64,000 nucleotides of DNA, from the NCBI GenBank assembly GCA_910592345.1, contig CAJVPI010000048.1:1-64000 (forward strand). Direction: 5' to 3'. A program made the translations under genes and the position numbers. Source of the stretch: Paraglomus brasilianum. Its lineage: Eukaryota. The stretch's first letter is position 1. Every line of letters begins with the position of its first letter. The notes below the pieces were generated by a model, which was not told where the DNA came from, did not search any database, and was given only the letters and a program-made list of their open reading frames with translations. Positions 24,544 through 37,995 of this stretch are shown one piece after another.

Positions 24544-26343
24544 TTAATAATCGGCGTATCTTTTGATAGCATCATCCGCAGTTAATCCTCAGGAGTAATC
24601 ACCTCCGCTAATTTGTGACCGAATTTCTTTTAAGTAAATGTGATTGTAAAGCACTTCGGTCGGGATGCTTTCGCGTCATTCTTCACTGTCGGCACTTTCG
24701 CCAATTTCCTCTAATGATTCATACTCATTAAGGGCTTTATTTCAGGGCAATTTAGCCTCTTGGGCGAATTTGATATAATCAGTGTCTTGGACCTGGTAAT
24801 CTTGGAATTTAGCGAAGGAGGGAAGACTTATTTTTGCTAAAGCGGGTAAAATATGAGTTTGATAATCAGAATAAGCCCTTTTTCCTTTAAACTCAAATTC
24901 TCACCTGATAATGGGTTCGGTGTGGTGGTCTTGACGGATAGGACAGTGGAGTTTTCAACCTTGACCTTGGATTCAAATAGCGTCTTCGCTAGTATCGCAA
25001 GGTTTTCAGAATTGGTTTTGTTTGATTTTGCTTTGGCTGGAATAAAAGAGACAAAGTTTTAAAATTTCGGTTAATTTCCAGTCTTTTTGCTTAGAAAAAT
25101 CCGGTAATTTTTCTTTTTCACGGAAAATTTTTCGCACTTTCTTTTTTAACTTTAAATCTTTGTCAAAATAATCGGAGAATTCTTTTTCCACTTCTTCGGT
25201 GAAGCCATAATCGTTATTGATAAAGACTTTGGAACTTACTTGCGGTTTTTGGACTTTGGCAACAATAAAAGGCTCACCATTCTCCCGATAACCATAAATC
25301 ACTCTAAAAAATTTATAGATGCTCATGCCTTTTAGCAAGCCGACTTTTTGGCTTAGTGCTTGGTCTTGTCTCATTTTAAAGGCTTTAACCAAATATTTGG
25401 CTAAATAAATTACTACTTGCTCGGCGGTTTTAATGGGACGGCCATGTTTACCTTGGCGGTCTTTGAAATGGCTAACTCTTTTAATGTCAACTAATCCATA
25501 AGGTCAAAGGTCATGGGCGATATAGGCTCGGTGGTCTCAACAACCTAACGGGGAACCCTGGTCGTCATGTTTTCCTAGTCCACAACGTTCATGCTGATAT
25601 TTAGGCGGCAGGAAGTCCGTAGTTAGCATGTGAATATGTCAATTACGACGGCAATCATGCTTAATTTGACAATGACAAAATTTTTGGTCGTGGTTTTTCC
25701 AACCTTTTTTCTTGGATTTTTTTCCTTGTCAATGGCAGGGAGTTTGACATTTATGGAGTTCGGGAACGGCCACTCATTTAAAGTTAGTGGGTTTTCAGAG
25801 TTTTTGGATGGTAGTGATAAACAAAGCAAATAAATCGTTCACGCCGTCGATTTCTCGGCCTAGTCTTTTTTTCGCCGTTTTCTTTTCCGCGAAAAAAGAG
25901 GTAGTTTCCAGTGGAACAGTTTGGAATAAATGCTCTTGTTGGCAGTTTTCTACCGGGCATTGCTGGTCTTGTCGTCAAGGAGCAAAAGAAAAACGCATTT
26001 CTTTTTGCTGATTGTTAAAAGTTAAAGTGAGAAAATAAAGGCCGCGTTGAAAATCCTCCTCCGTGAAATTCATTAAGCACTTATTATAGAAATTCCGCAA
26101 CGAAGCGTAATAATTGCCCTTAAAGGTTAATTCATGAATCAGTTGATAAAGGGCTTTATCTTTTTCCTGGTCGTGAAAAATAGAGGTGCGTTTAGGTTTG
26201 GAACCTTGCCGATAAATGCCTAAGGGAACATTACCGAAAGAGACTTGGGCTTTTTGGACTTGTTTGCCAAAATCAGTGATAGAGAAATTGGCAAGTTTGC
26301 CAGAACTAGCACTATCCGCAAAGAGATTAGTCAAGCCTTCCAT
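24544..26343 (-). CDS. HUH-superfamily rolling-circle replication initiator (599 aa)
   Basis: One code-4 frame; motif I FLTLTF, motif II WHIHML, motif III YLAKYLVK with two tyrosines. Confidence 0.9.
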
Positions 26344-26443
26344 ATGTGGAGTTTTTGAAAGGTTGAAGGTAGATTCATTTATAAAATATATATAAAATTA
26401 AATTAATACAATAAATAATAAATACAATGAATATCATGCCAGC

Positions 26444-26457
26444 AAAAAAAAAAAAAA
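26444..26457. repeat. A14 homopolymer upstream of Rep
   Basis: 14 consecutive A, the longest homopolymer I noticed in the window. Confidence 0.85.
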
Positions 26458-26634
26458 CAAGTATCTACTTTGAGAAAAAATTAAGAGAACAAAGTCATTG
26501 CCAACCCTGTGCCCTGTTGAGGTAGGACGCAAGCAAAAAGTAAAATGAACAAAATAATTACTAGATTAGCCAAAGCAAAAATAATGTTTTAAAACAATAA
26601 TCAATACAAATAAAAAAATTAAAGAATAAATATT

Positions 26635-28071
26635 ATGTCAGATCAATTTAATAATCAAAAGTGTAGCAAGTGTAACTCAAAGTATGTATATCCAGAGCAA
26701 AATAAGTTCTCTTCCGGTTGCGGTGACCATGAACACTTTATCAAAAAAAACGGAAAACTTTTTTGCGTTGATTGTTTAATATCCGAGGGACATGTTAAAT
26801 GTTCTAGGTGCCACAAGTTAATTACGCACCGAGGGGAACGGGATATTCCAACGCGGATTGTGTTTTTGTCGAATGAACACGAACATTGTTGTGATATCGA
26901 CAAATACCCTTCGACTTTTAGTTATAGTTGTGAAAGTTGTTGGAGTTCGGGGCGACCACACTTTCGTAATAAATGTAAAATTTCTTTTTGTCCTCAAAAG
27001 TCTCATTACGATTGTGTGGATTTATGTAAACAACATTCTAAGCCATGTCAAGGAATATACCATGGAAAAAAATGCAATTTTCCGATTGAAAGTAATGGAG
27101 GGGATCTTTGTAAGGGTTGTCAAAACCACACTGAGGAAGCTGAAAAATGTTACGAAAATTTTTGTCAAGCCCAAGCCAAAGCCCAAAGTTGATGGAATAC
27201 TCTTTCTAATTCCGAACGAGAAAGAGAATGTGAGCGAGTGGTGAAAAATTTAAAACTTGGAGAATACAAGGGGGGTAAAATGTGAAGAGGAAATAAGGAT
27301 ATGGAAGGTTACGTTTGCTTATGAGTCCCTGATGGTAGTTTTTGACAAATTAAAAACGGAAAATATGTTTCTGGCCAACCACACTTAGTTCCATATCAAA
27401 TAGCGGAGGAGTTTTATAAAAAAATGTTTGGAGATGATTCGTTAGTGTTAGGAGACTTCCAAGTTGTAATAAAAAAAGATAACGACGATAATGATGGAGA
27501 TAACTCACCCGCTACCTCTAATCAAGCAACTCCATCTTCTCAACCGATAACTAATTCAAACGAAAAAACCGATAATTCAGTAAACCCAGGCAATTCTCCG
27601 AAGCCAAATCCAGAAAAAGATAGTCTGTCCGAAGAAAAAAATAGTAAAGGAGACAACGCACCTAAATCTACCGAAAATTCGCCTATCAAAACTGATAATC
27701 AAACCCCAATATCTCAATATCTCAGGGACATTAAGCAAGTAACTTTAACTTCAGATGGCAATTTAATTATTGAATTTAATAACTCAGCAAGTAACCATTC
27801 AACAGGTAAGGTTATAACTTCTGAGCAAATAAGCACTAGTCAAGAACTCCAAAAAATTAAAAATTATTGCCAACAAAATGGCAAAAATAGTTTAAGTCAG
27901 CAGGAATTAAGTAATATTCTTGGTGTTAACTCCACGTCATCGACTGAAAAGCCTCCCACTACAAATAATATTCTTTTAGTAGGAATTATAGGCGGAACTT
28001 TGGCCATTGGAATAGGCATTGGATTGCTTTCAAAAAGGAGAAAAAATAAAAAAAAAGAAAAGTTAGTATAG
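26635..28071 (+). CDS. Cys-rich tail-anchored hypothetical protein (478 aa)
   Basis: Track ORFs 26635-27192 and 27424-28071 join via TGA. Many CxxC pairs, low-complexity linker, shared pre-anchor module, TM and KRRKNKKK. Confidence 0.8.
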
Positions 28072-28203
28072 TCAGACCAAAAATAATTTCTATCCTTATT
28101 CTCAAAAAAAAGTTGAGAAAAAATATTCAGTTGTCAGATTCGTTAAAAAATAACCACATATTATTATATTATTACTCCTCAATTTAGAAAGTTAAAATTA
28201 AAA

Positions 28204-29124
28204 TTGCTTAACCAAAAAGTTTTAGATAGAAATAAACTATATATCATAGCCGTTTCTGGCGGTCCTGATAGCATGTTTTTATTAGAAAAAATGCGTGATG
28301 AAAAATATAATTTAGTAGTCGCTCATGTCAATTATAAAAAAAGGAATAGCAGTGATTATGACGAAAAATTGGTGAGAAATTATTGTCAAAAATATTCTTT
28401 GCCATATGAAGTTTACCATTTTCAAGGATTTGAATACCATTCAATTAGTAATTTTCAAGATAGGGCCCGCCAAATCCGTTATGACTTTTTTCAAAAAGTA
28501 GCCGATAAGTATCAAACTAAATATGTGGTAGTAGCCCATCATTTAGACGACCATCTGGAAACCTATTTACTACAAAAACAAAGAAAATCATTAGTTGAAT
28601 ATTGAGGGTTGCCAGTCAAAGTTAAGTGAGGAAAATATTGAATATTGCGTCCTCTTTTGTCTCTTAATAAGCAGCAGATTTGCCAATACTTAGCCCAAAA
28701 AAAAATAAACTATGCGGTTGATATTACGAATCAATTGCCTATTTATCAACGCAATATTTTTCGAAAAAAATTAGACAATTTAAGTAAAGAGGAAAAAAAA
28801 ACTCTTGAAAAGGAAATTAAAGAGCAAAATCAAGAACTAAGAAAAATTAAAAAGTTGGTTAAAATCGCTGCTAAAAAATTAATTATTTCCCCTTTTGTCC
28901 TCAAACTTGATAAAAGGGATGAATACTTGCCAGAAGTATATAGACGTTTACTTTATTTCTGAATTAACCAAACCACAGGCGGAATCCTCCAAAAAAGAAA
29001 AAAAAAACTCCTTAATGAAGTTTATAAACAGTTGTTTACCAGTCAAAAAAAAAGTTTAATTATAAAATTAGGAAATAATTTCTCGATAGTCAAAACTGGC
29101 CGTCAGGCCCTTATTTCGTCTTAA
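28204..29124 (+). CDS. tilS: tRNA(Ile)-lysidine synthetase
   Basis: AVSGGPDSM, AHVNY, ARQIRYDFF, AHHLDDHLET, RPLL; upstream of ftsH. Confidence 0.94.
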
Positions 29125-29146
29125 AAATATATTAATATTATAAATA

Positions 29147-31138
29147 ATGAAAGAAAAAGAGCCGCCAAAAAAAAATAAAAAGTCTTCGGAAACAGGAAAA
29201 TGGCTAGGTCCAGTAATAATTTTACTTCTTCTGGTAATCGGGGGGGTCTTGCTTTTTATGAATTTCTTTTCTTCACCCGACAAAAAGCAGTTTGAAATGT
29301 GGAAGAAAGATGATAGAACAATTGTAATTTATAATCTTACTGAAGAAGAAATTGATAAGATAGATTGACAAAGGGTAGAGTGTGCTGGTCATCCGTGGGG
29401 AGAGAAGACTCAATACCGCCTCTATGGAGAAGGGAAAAATTTCTTCAAGAGGTTGATTGGTAAGCCAACCATCTATTCTGCTCTTGCTTCTCTTGAGCCT
29501 CACGAAGTAAGGGATAAGGACATTGAGTTTAGTGGTCTTACCAACAAAAACAAGGTAAAAAAAATTCACACTACTCAGCCTCTGAGTAGTAGGATTGACC
29601 TGTTCGAGGAGGAAAAGTCGCTTAGTATCTGGGATATACTTAAATTCCTATTTTACTTAGTTTCCTTCATTGTCTCTCTTTATTTTGTTGACATGATTTT
29701 TGGCACCAATTTTATTGGTTTTATTTCTTATCCTTTTCGAAACTGAAAAAAAGGAAAAGGGGAGGCTGGCATTCCGGGTACTAGGTTTAAGGATGTTGGA
29801 GGGCTACAAGAGGCCAAGGAAGAATTAGGAGAGGTAGTTTCCTATTTTCATAATCCGCAGTCCTTTTGGCAACGAGGAGCCAAGGTTCCAAAGGGGGTGC
29901 TATTAGTCGGTCCGCCTGGCAATGGCAAAACTTTATTGGCTAAGGCTTTAGCGGGGGAATGTCGTCTGCCTTTTCTCTTTCGTTCTGGTTCTGAATTTGA
30001 AGAAATGATGGTGGGAGTGGGTGCCCGTCGCATGCGGGAACTTTTTAAGCAGGCTCGTAGTTATCCCCAAGGCTGTATTGTTTTTATTGATGAAATTGAT
30101 TCAATTGGTCGTAAAAGATATTCCCGGAATACTGGTCACGCCGAACAAACTTTGAACCAATTATTAAACGAATTGGATGGCTTTCATCCCCGTGATAACG
30201 TTGTTATTTTGGCGGCCACTAACTCTTTAAAAGTCTTAGATAGTGCTCTTTTAAGACCCGGTCGGTTTGACCGTCAAATTTACATACCTCTTCCTAATTT
30301 AAAAGGACGGCGAGAGATTATTAGGATTTGTACTCGCAAACTCTCACTTAAATCGGACGTTGATTTAGAAGAAATCGTGGCCATGACCAAAGGCCTAAGT
30401 GGAGCACAAATCACTAATATGTTTAATGAGGCTTCTATTTTGAGCATCCGTCATGGAGAAAAATTTATTGACTATGAAATGATTTTTGAGGCTTATGATC
30501 GGGTACTAATGGGCCCTTCTTTAACCAGCCAAACCTTCACCCCTGCTAAAAAAAGAATAATTTCTTATCACGAGGCTGGTCATGCGGTTATTGGTATGAG
30601 TTTGCCCGAAACGATTGTCAAAAAAATTACGATTGTTCCACGTTTGCATGCGGGAGGTTATACTTGAATCGACTTGTATGGAGAACAAGGAGATGATTAT
30701 CTGCTTAACAAAGCCCAAATGCTCGCCAATGTTATGACTTTTTTAGGTGGGCGAGCCAGTGAAGAGTTAATTTTTGGCCTAGATTATATTACAGGAGGGG
30801 CCTATGACGACTTCAAAAAGGCTTCGGGAATTGTTCGTGATTTAATTTTACATTATGGAATGTCCGACTTAGGGATTATTCCCACCCAAGAATCTTTTTT
30901 TTATGGAGAAGAAATGTTAACTGCCGAATTACCCGAAACCGCTAAACAAAAAATTGAAAATGAACGAGAAAAAATAATGAACCAATGTTGAAAAAAGGTT
31001 AAAGAGATTCTCCGAAAAAAAAGAAGAGTATTAAACTTATTAGCCGAAGCACTTTTAACAAAAAATTCTCTTCAAAAGGAAGAGATTAATTACATTTTTG
31101 TTAATCAAATTTCTCCTCATACACCATTACTAAATTAA
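29147..31138 (+). CDS. ftsH: ATP-dependent zinc metalloprotease FtsH (663 aa)
   Basis: Two TMs, GPPGNGKT, FIDEID, ALLRPGRFDR, HEAGH, GGRASEE. Confidence 0.96.
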
Positions 31139-31147
31139 AAAAGTTCG

Positions 31148-32710
31148 ATGAAAAAAAACCAAAAAAAAACTGAATTAAATAATAACTCGTCAGACCAAGG
31201 AACTTACAATATTTGGCAGCAGTATAATGAGTTTATTCGCCGCCTTTATTTAGAAAAACCAATAAAAAAGCCAACTGGAAAGCAGTTAACTTTCAAATAT
31301 TTGAGCAAGTTAGCAATAGTTTTTATTGGTGCTTTATTTACCACCCTTACTTTTTACTTTTTGATTGACCCGAATGGTCTTTATAATAGCGGTTTAAATG
31401 GTTTATTGCAGGCTTTTTCCAAGTTAATAGTGGGCCGTAATACTAATATTGGTTGAGCCAATTATTACCTTATTTATTATGGTTTAGGATTACTGACCAA
31501 CTTGCTCTTTATTTTCATTTTGAGGACCTTTTTCAAGGCAAAATTAGAGATAATCAGCACCTCAATTTTTTATGTTTTATCTCAGATTATTTGAACTCAA
31601 ATATTTGGATTTCTTAAACTGCGAGAGTATGTTTTTAATCGCTTTAATCCCAGCAGTTGGCAAGGGTTAAGTTCCAGCAGCCAATTGTCCTTCACTTTGC
31701 CATATTATATAGTCATTGCGGTGGTGGCGGCGATTATTCACACTTATGGCTATAGTTTAATTTTCCAAGCCCAGGCTACTCCTGGCGGGTTGGAAATTTT
31801 TACTTCCCACTTTTCTTCACGCAAGGGGAAAAAAAAGGTTTCGATTAGCACCCTCATGAAAGTTTTCGGACTGGTTATTATTTTTTTAGTTACCTTAATT
31901 AATTTCACAATGATAGAGGATAATTCAAAAATGAAAGAAAGTCTGCTGCAAAAAGAAATTGAGGAACAAAAAGAAAAATTAGAAGAAAAAGGACTTAAAA
32001 TAAAAGGAGAAAAGACGGAAAAGATCTTGGATGGTTGAGAAGAGGACATGAAAGAAGCCAAGCGGTTAGAAAAAAAGGAGAATAAAGACAACCAGGACAT
32101 TAAAAAAATTTTTGAAACTAGAGAAAAAAATCGTTCTCTCACTTCCCTTCTGAAAAACAAAACAGGGTATCAACAATTAGAAAACTATCCCCAAGAAGTA
32201 GACTATTATCTGGCACGAGGTAAGGAAAAAAAGGATAAACTAGAAGCAGAGAGAGACAAAATTAACAAAAAAATAAAAGGTGCTTCGGGAGAAAAATTAG
32301 CCAGGAAGTTGCGAAGAAAAAATGACTTAGAAACAAGAATTAAGGAACTCGACAAAGAACAACAAAGAAATATTTTTCCTAAATATCTAAGTTATATTAC
32401 TAATAATGAACGGCTATGAGCAACCATGATTTATATTTTTCTTTCTTCTTTCTTGATTAGTCAAATCTTTCCGCGCGACCGAATTGTCTTACTTCGTCTC
32501 CATTCCTTGACCGAAGAAAACCGCAACAAAGGCTTGAAATTATTAAAAAAGTTTTCTCCTATTTACTACACAGTTTATCGGAGAAAGGGCGAGCAAGAGG
32601 AAGTTATTTATGTGACAACGTGCCACTTAAGCAAATGAAATTATTACCTTCTTACTCCTTATTTAAAACAAGTTGGAACACCTTACTCAAGTGAGGCGAA
32701 TATAAGTTAA
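31148..32710 (+). CDS. YitT-family membrane protein with long charged insertion (520 aa)
   Basis: GLYNSGLNGLLQ and ATPGGLEIF motifs, multiple TMs, one code-4 frame. Confidence 0.75.
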
Positions 32711-32719
32711 AAAAAATTA

Positions 32720-33472
32720 ATGATTTATCAACTAAAAAAAATAAGGAAAATAATTGAGAGCATTAAGGATACTGAACATTTTAAGCAGGCTTTTGTTCAC
32801 ACTTCTTATCTTAACGAGTTAAAACTAAGGAAGAACTCTGACTCGGAATCAGGCTCAGAAAATAATGAAAATCCTGTTTCTTCTTACGAAACTTTGGAAT
32901 TTTTAGGAGACAGCATATTAAATTTTCACACTAGCCTTTTTATTTATCAAAAATTTCCCAATTACGCCGAAGGACAAATGAGTAAGTTAAAACAGTTAAT
33001 GGTTCAAGAGAGCACGTTGGCTTACTTAAGTAAGGAAATTGGTCTAGGGGAATTTCTTCAATTAGGAATGGGGGAAAGAAAAAATCGTGGAGCCGAAAAA
33101 GAAAGTATATTAGCTGATGTATTTGAATCTTTTGTGGCAGCCCTGTATTTAGAGAAAGGCAGCAAAATAGTTCACCGCTTTCTTAACTTAACTGTTTTTG
33201 CTTGGAGTGAAGGCAAAGAAAACATGGTATGGGATTATAAAAGTCAATTACAAGAATATTGTCAGGCCCGCAAGGGTAGAGTTAATTACCGACTAAAAGG
33301 AAAAAAAATAGTAGGAGATGAACATCAGCAGTTATTCATTGTAGAAGTAGAAGTAAATGATGGACCAAGGACTTTTTGGGAAAGCGGAGAAGGTCGCAGC
33401 AAAAGTAAAGCAGAGCAGCAGGCTGCTGCTAAAGCAGTTAAAAAATTAGGAATTGAAAAGGAAAAGAATTAA
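32720..33472 (+). CDS. rnc: Ribonuclease III
   Basis: YETLEFLGDSIL, ADVFESFVAALYL, dsRBD (DYKSQLQE...KSKAEQQAA). Confidence 0.96.
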   Translation: MIYQLKKIRKIIESIKDTEHFKQAFVHTSYLNELKLRKNSDSESGSENNENPVSSYETLEFLGDSILNFHTSLFIYQKFPNYAEGQMSKLKQLMVQESTLAYLSKEIGLGEFLQLGMGERKNRGAEKESILADVFESFVAALYLEKGSKIVHRFLNLTVFAWSEGKENMVWDYKSQLQEYCQARKGRVNYRLKGKKIVGDEHQQLFIVEVEVNDGPRTFWESGEGRSKSKAEQQAAAKAVKKLGIEKEKN

Positions 33473-33633
33473 AAAATATTACATTTAATAAGAATAAAAA
33501 AATTTGGCAATTATAATTATTTTACACCAATTATATTTTTCCTTTTCGTTTTTGAGTGGAGGATTTTTAATTAATCAAAATGAAAAATAGGCTCTTTTAT
33601 TTGTTTTCTTAAAAGGCACTTTTAATTTTAAAC

Positions 33634-34668
33634 TTATTTATTTCCACCAGTGCCATTATAACCATCTCTAAACGAATTAAATTCCTCAATTTTTTGTTTT
33701 TCTAAACTATCTAATTCATCCTTGGTTTGACAAAGAATATATTTATAACAAAAATAATCGCCAGAATATCAATCCTTCGCAAATTCAGCATTTTTAGTAT
33801 TTATAACCTCACTATTTGGAAAGTGTTGGTTTAGTCTTACGCCTATACTTTTAGCCTGCCCTACATAACACTTATTTTTCGTTTCATTTCGTATAATATA
33901 AACTCCTTTTTTATCATTAAGGTTCCGAAAGGAAAAGTTGGAAGCAAGTTTTAAATCCTTTCAACCATCATGAATATCTTTATCTCACCATATTATTTCT
34001 TTTGCTTTGGTTCTGTGATAAAGATTTCAATTAAAACCAATAGTCTTATTACATTTTTCATTAAATTGTTGTATCTCTTTCAGAAGAAGAGAATTTTCTT
34101 GATCGATTTTAATTTTATGGTTCCCATTCCACTCTTTATTGTTTTTATTAGTTTCCTTATTTAATAAGGCTTGCTTCTGGCTATTATAACCGATAAATGA
34201 AAGACCAAGAGTAAAAGGAGCAAAAAATAAACGAAGTCAAAAGTTGCTTGGTTCTTCATTAAAATCCGTTTTTTTAAACGAATATTCTCTTTTCTCATTG
34301 TGATAGTTTCGTATTTTTCGTTTGGTATCATCTATTAAATCTAAAATCCTCTTTAACTCTATTTCCTTTTTTCTTCATTCTGGAACTGTTGGAATTTTTT
34401 CAAGGATAAGTAAAATGAATTTTCTACTTAAATCTAATTTCAAAATGTCTTCATTCACAAACTTTATAGGATTAATTGTCTTATCAAAATTTCTTACTAG
34501 TTTTGTTCTTTCTGAATAACCATCATATACTGGATATTTAACATAATTTCTTTGTTCATATCTAACTATTTTTGGAGTGTATGTACGAAGTTTAATGACA
34601 AAAGTTAATTTGTTGGTTCTTTTGTCAAAAGATAAATTGGTTATTCAGAGTTCTTTAATAATTTTCAT
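33634..34668 (-). CDS. GIY-YIG nuclease family protein with central hydrophobic segment (344 aa; missed by ORF track)
   Basis: C-terminal KGVYIIRNETKNKCYVGQAKSIGVRLNQH...LEKQKIEEFNSFRDGYNGTGG; hydrophobic FWLRLFFAPFTLGLSFIGY mid-protein. Confidence 0.85.
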
Positions 34669-34854
34669 AATACTTATTTAGAGAGAGGTTAGATTTTAAG
34701 GAATCAAAGAATTTTTTTAAAATTCAGCAACACATGTATCACATTTTATAAAATAAAATATAAAAGTTTATGATGAACTTCTCTTTTTTTAGTGTAAAAT
34801 AATACATAACTACCTATTATTATTTACTTCATTGCGATATATATTATTTTTTTT

Positions 34855-35628
34855 TTAAAAAATTTCTCTAATCCTTTTGATATTTAATAATTTATTACTA
34901 TCCTCGTCAAACTCAAAAATAACTCCATTAAATTGTCCGTTATCTTCATGAGGAGTCATTTTGGCTGGCAAGCCATATTTACCCCTTTGAAAAATTACCT
35001 CTGGCTTGGCGCCAATGACTCCCCCGTAAGGCCCAGTCATTCCTAAATCAGTGATAAATCCTGTACCTTTTGGCAATATTCTTTCATCGGCCGTTTGCAC
35101 GTGGGTATGAGTTCCCCATAAGGCACTAATTTTGCCATCAAAATATAAAGCCAAGGCAATTTTCTCAGCCGTAGTTTCAGCATGGAAGTCTATTAAATGA
35201 ATGTCTCAGTCTTGTAAATTTAGTACTTTTTCGAAGGCCGAATAAGGATTTTCGGGAGCACTTGGCATAAAATTGTTGCCAATCAAATTAGTAATCCGAA
35301 TTTTTTTTCCTTTAATCTTTGTCAAAATAGTTCCGAATCCAGGATGATAGGGATTAGAATTGAGTGGTCTTAACAAATCAGGTACTTCTGTGATATACTT
35401 TTTGGTTTCTTCGACAGCAAAGATATGATTGCCAGAAGTCATTATATCAATTCCACAATTTTTTAATTCTTGATAATGTTTGCGGGATATTCCTTTGCCA
35501 TGGGTAGTGTTTTCCACGTTAGCAATAATCAGGTCAATTTCATGTTCATTTTTTAACTTCGGTAGGTAATCCTTAATGACTTGACGGCCAGTTTTACCAA
35601 ATATATCACCAATTGCTAATATTCTCAT
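34855..35628 (-). CDS. ymdB: YmdB-family metallophosphoesterase
   Basis: GDIFGKTGR, NVEN, TSGNH, DFHAETTAEK, GTHTHVQTAD, TDLGMTG. Confidence 0.93.
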
Positions 35629-35720
35629 TTTAATTTATTTTTTGGGACAAGAGACAAAAACAAGTTCAGGAGTTAAATAGTAAATATAATTATAATGAGC
35701 GTTAAAATTATTTATTAGAT

Positions 35721-35849
35721 ATGAAACGAACCTATCAACCCAAGAAAAAGAAAAGAAAAAGAAAGCACGGATTTTTAACTCGCATGAAAAAAAACTATTC
35801 AGTAATCGTGGCTCGGCGAGCCAAAGGTCGCTGAAAGTTAACAGTTTAG
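35721..35849 (+). CDS. rpmH: 50S ribosomal protein L34
   Basis: [22 protein letters not shown]...RRAKGRWKLTV*. Confidence 0.95.
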
Positions 35850-35887
35850 AGAACAAAAATATATAAAATAAATTGTTCTGTTTATAT

Positions 35888-37976
<2,089 letters not shown>

Positions 37977-37995
37977 AATAATAAATAATAAAGCC

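Larger units (their letters stand above)
15878..26343 (-). mobile_element. Integrated filamentous-phage-like (inovirus/plectrovirus-type) prophage; boundaries approximate
   Basis: HUH Rep, Zot/pI ATPase, many co-oriented 39-150 aa TM ORFs and one large anchored protein. Nearly all genes on one strand; visibly more GC-rich than flanks. Confidence 0.88.

Noticed and set aside
15790..26470. Prophage attachment sites
   Set aside because: No direct repeat or clear dif-like site found by eye. Only an 8-bp inverted match (AGATACTT ~15821, AAGTATCT ~26459), too short in AT-rich DNA, so boundaries stay approximate.
35630..35720. Replication origin beside rpmH
   Set aside because: No dnaA or dnaN here and no DnaA-box cluster noticed.
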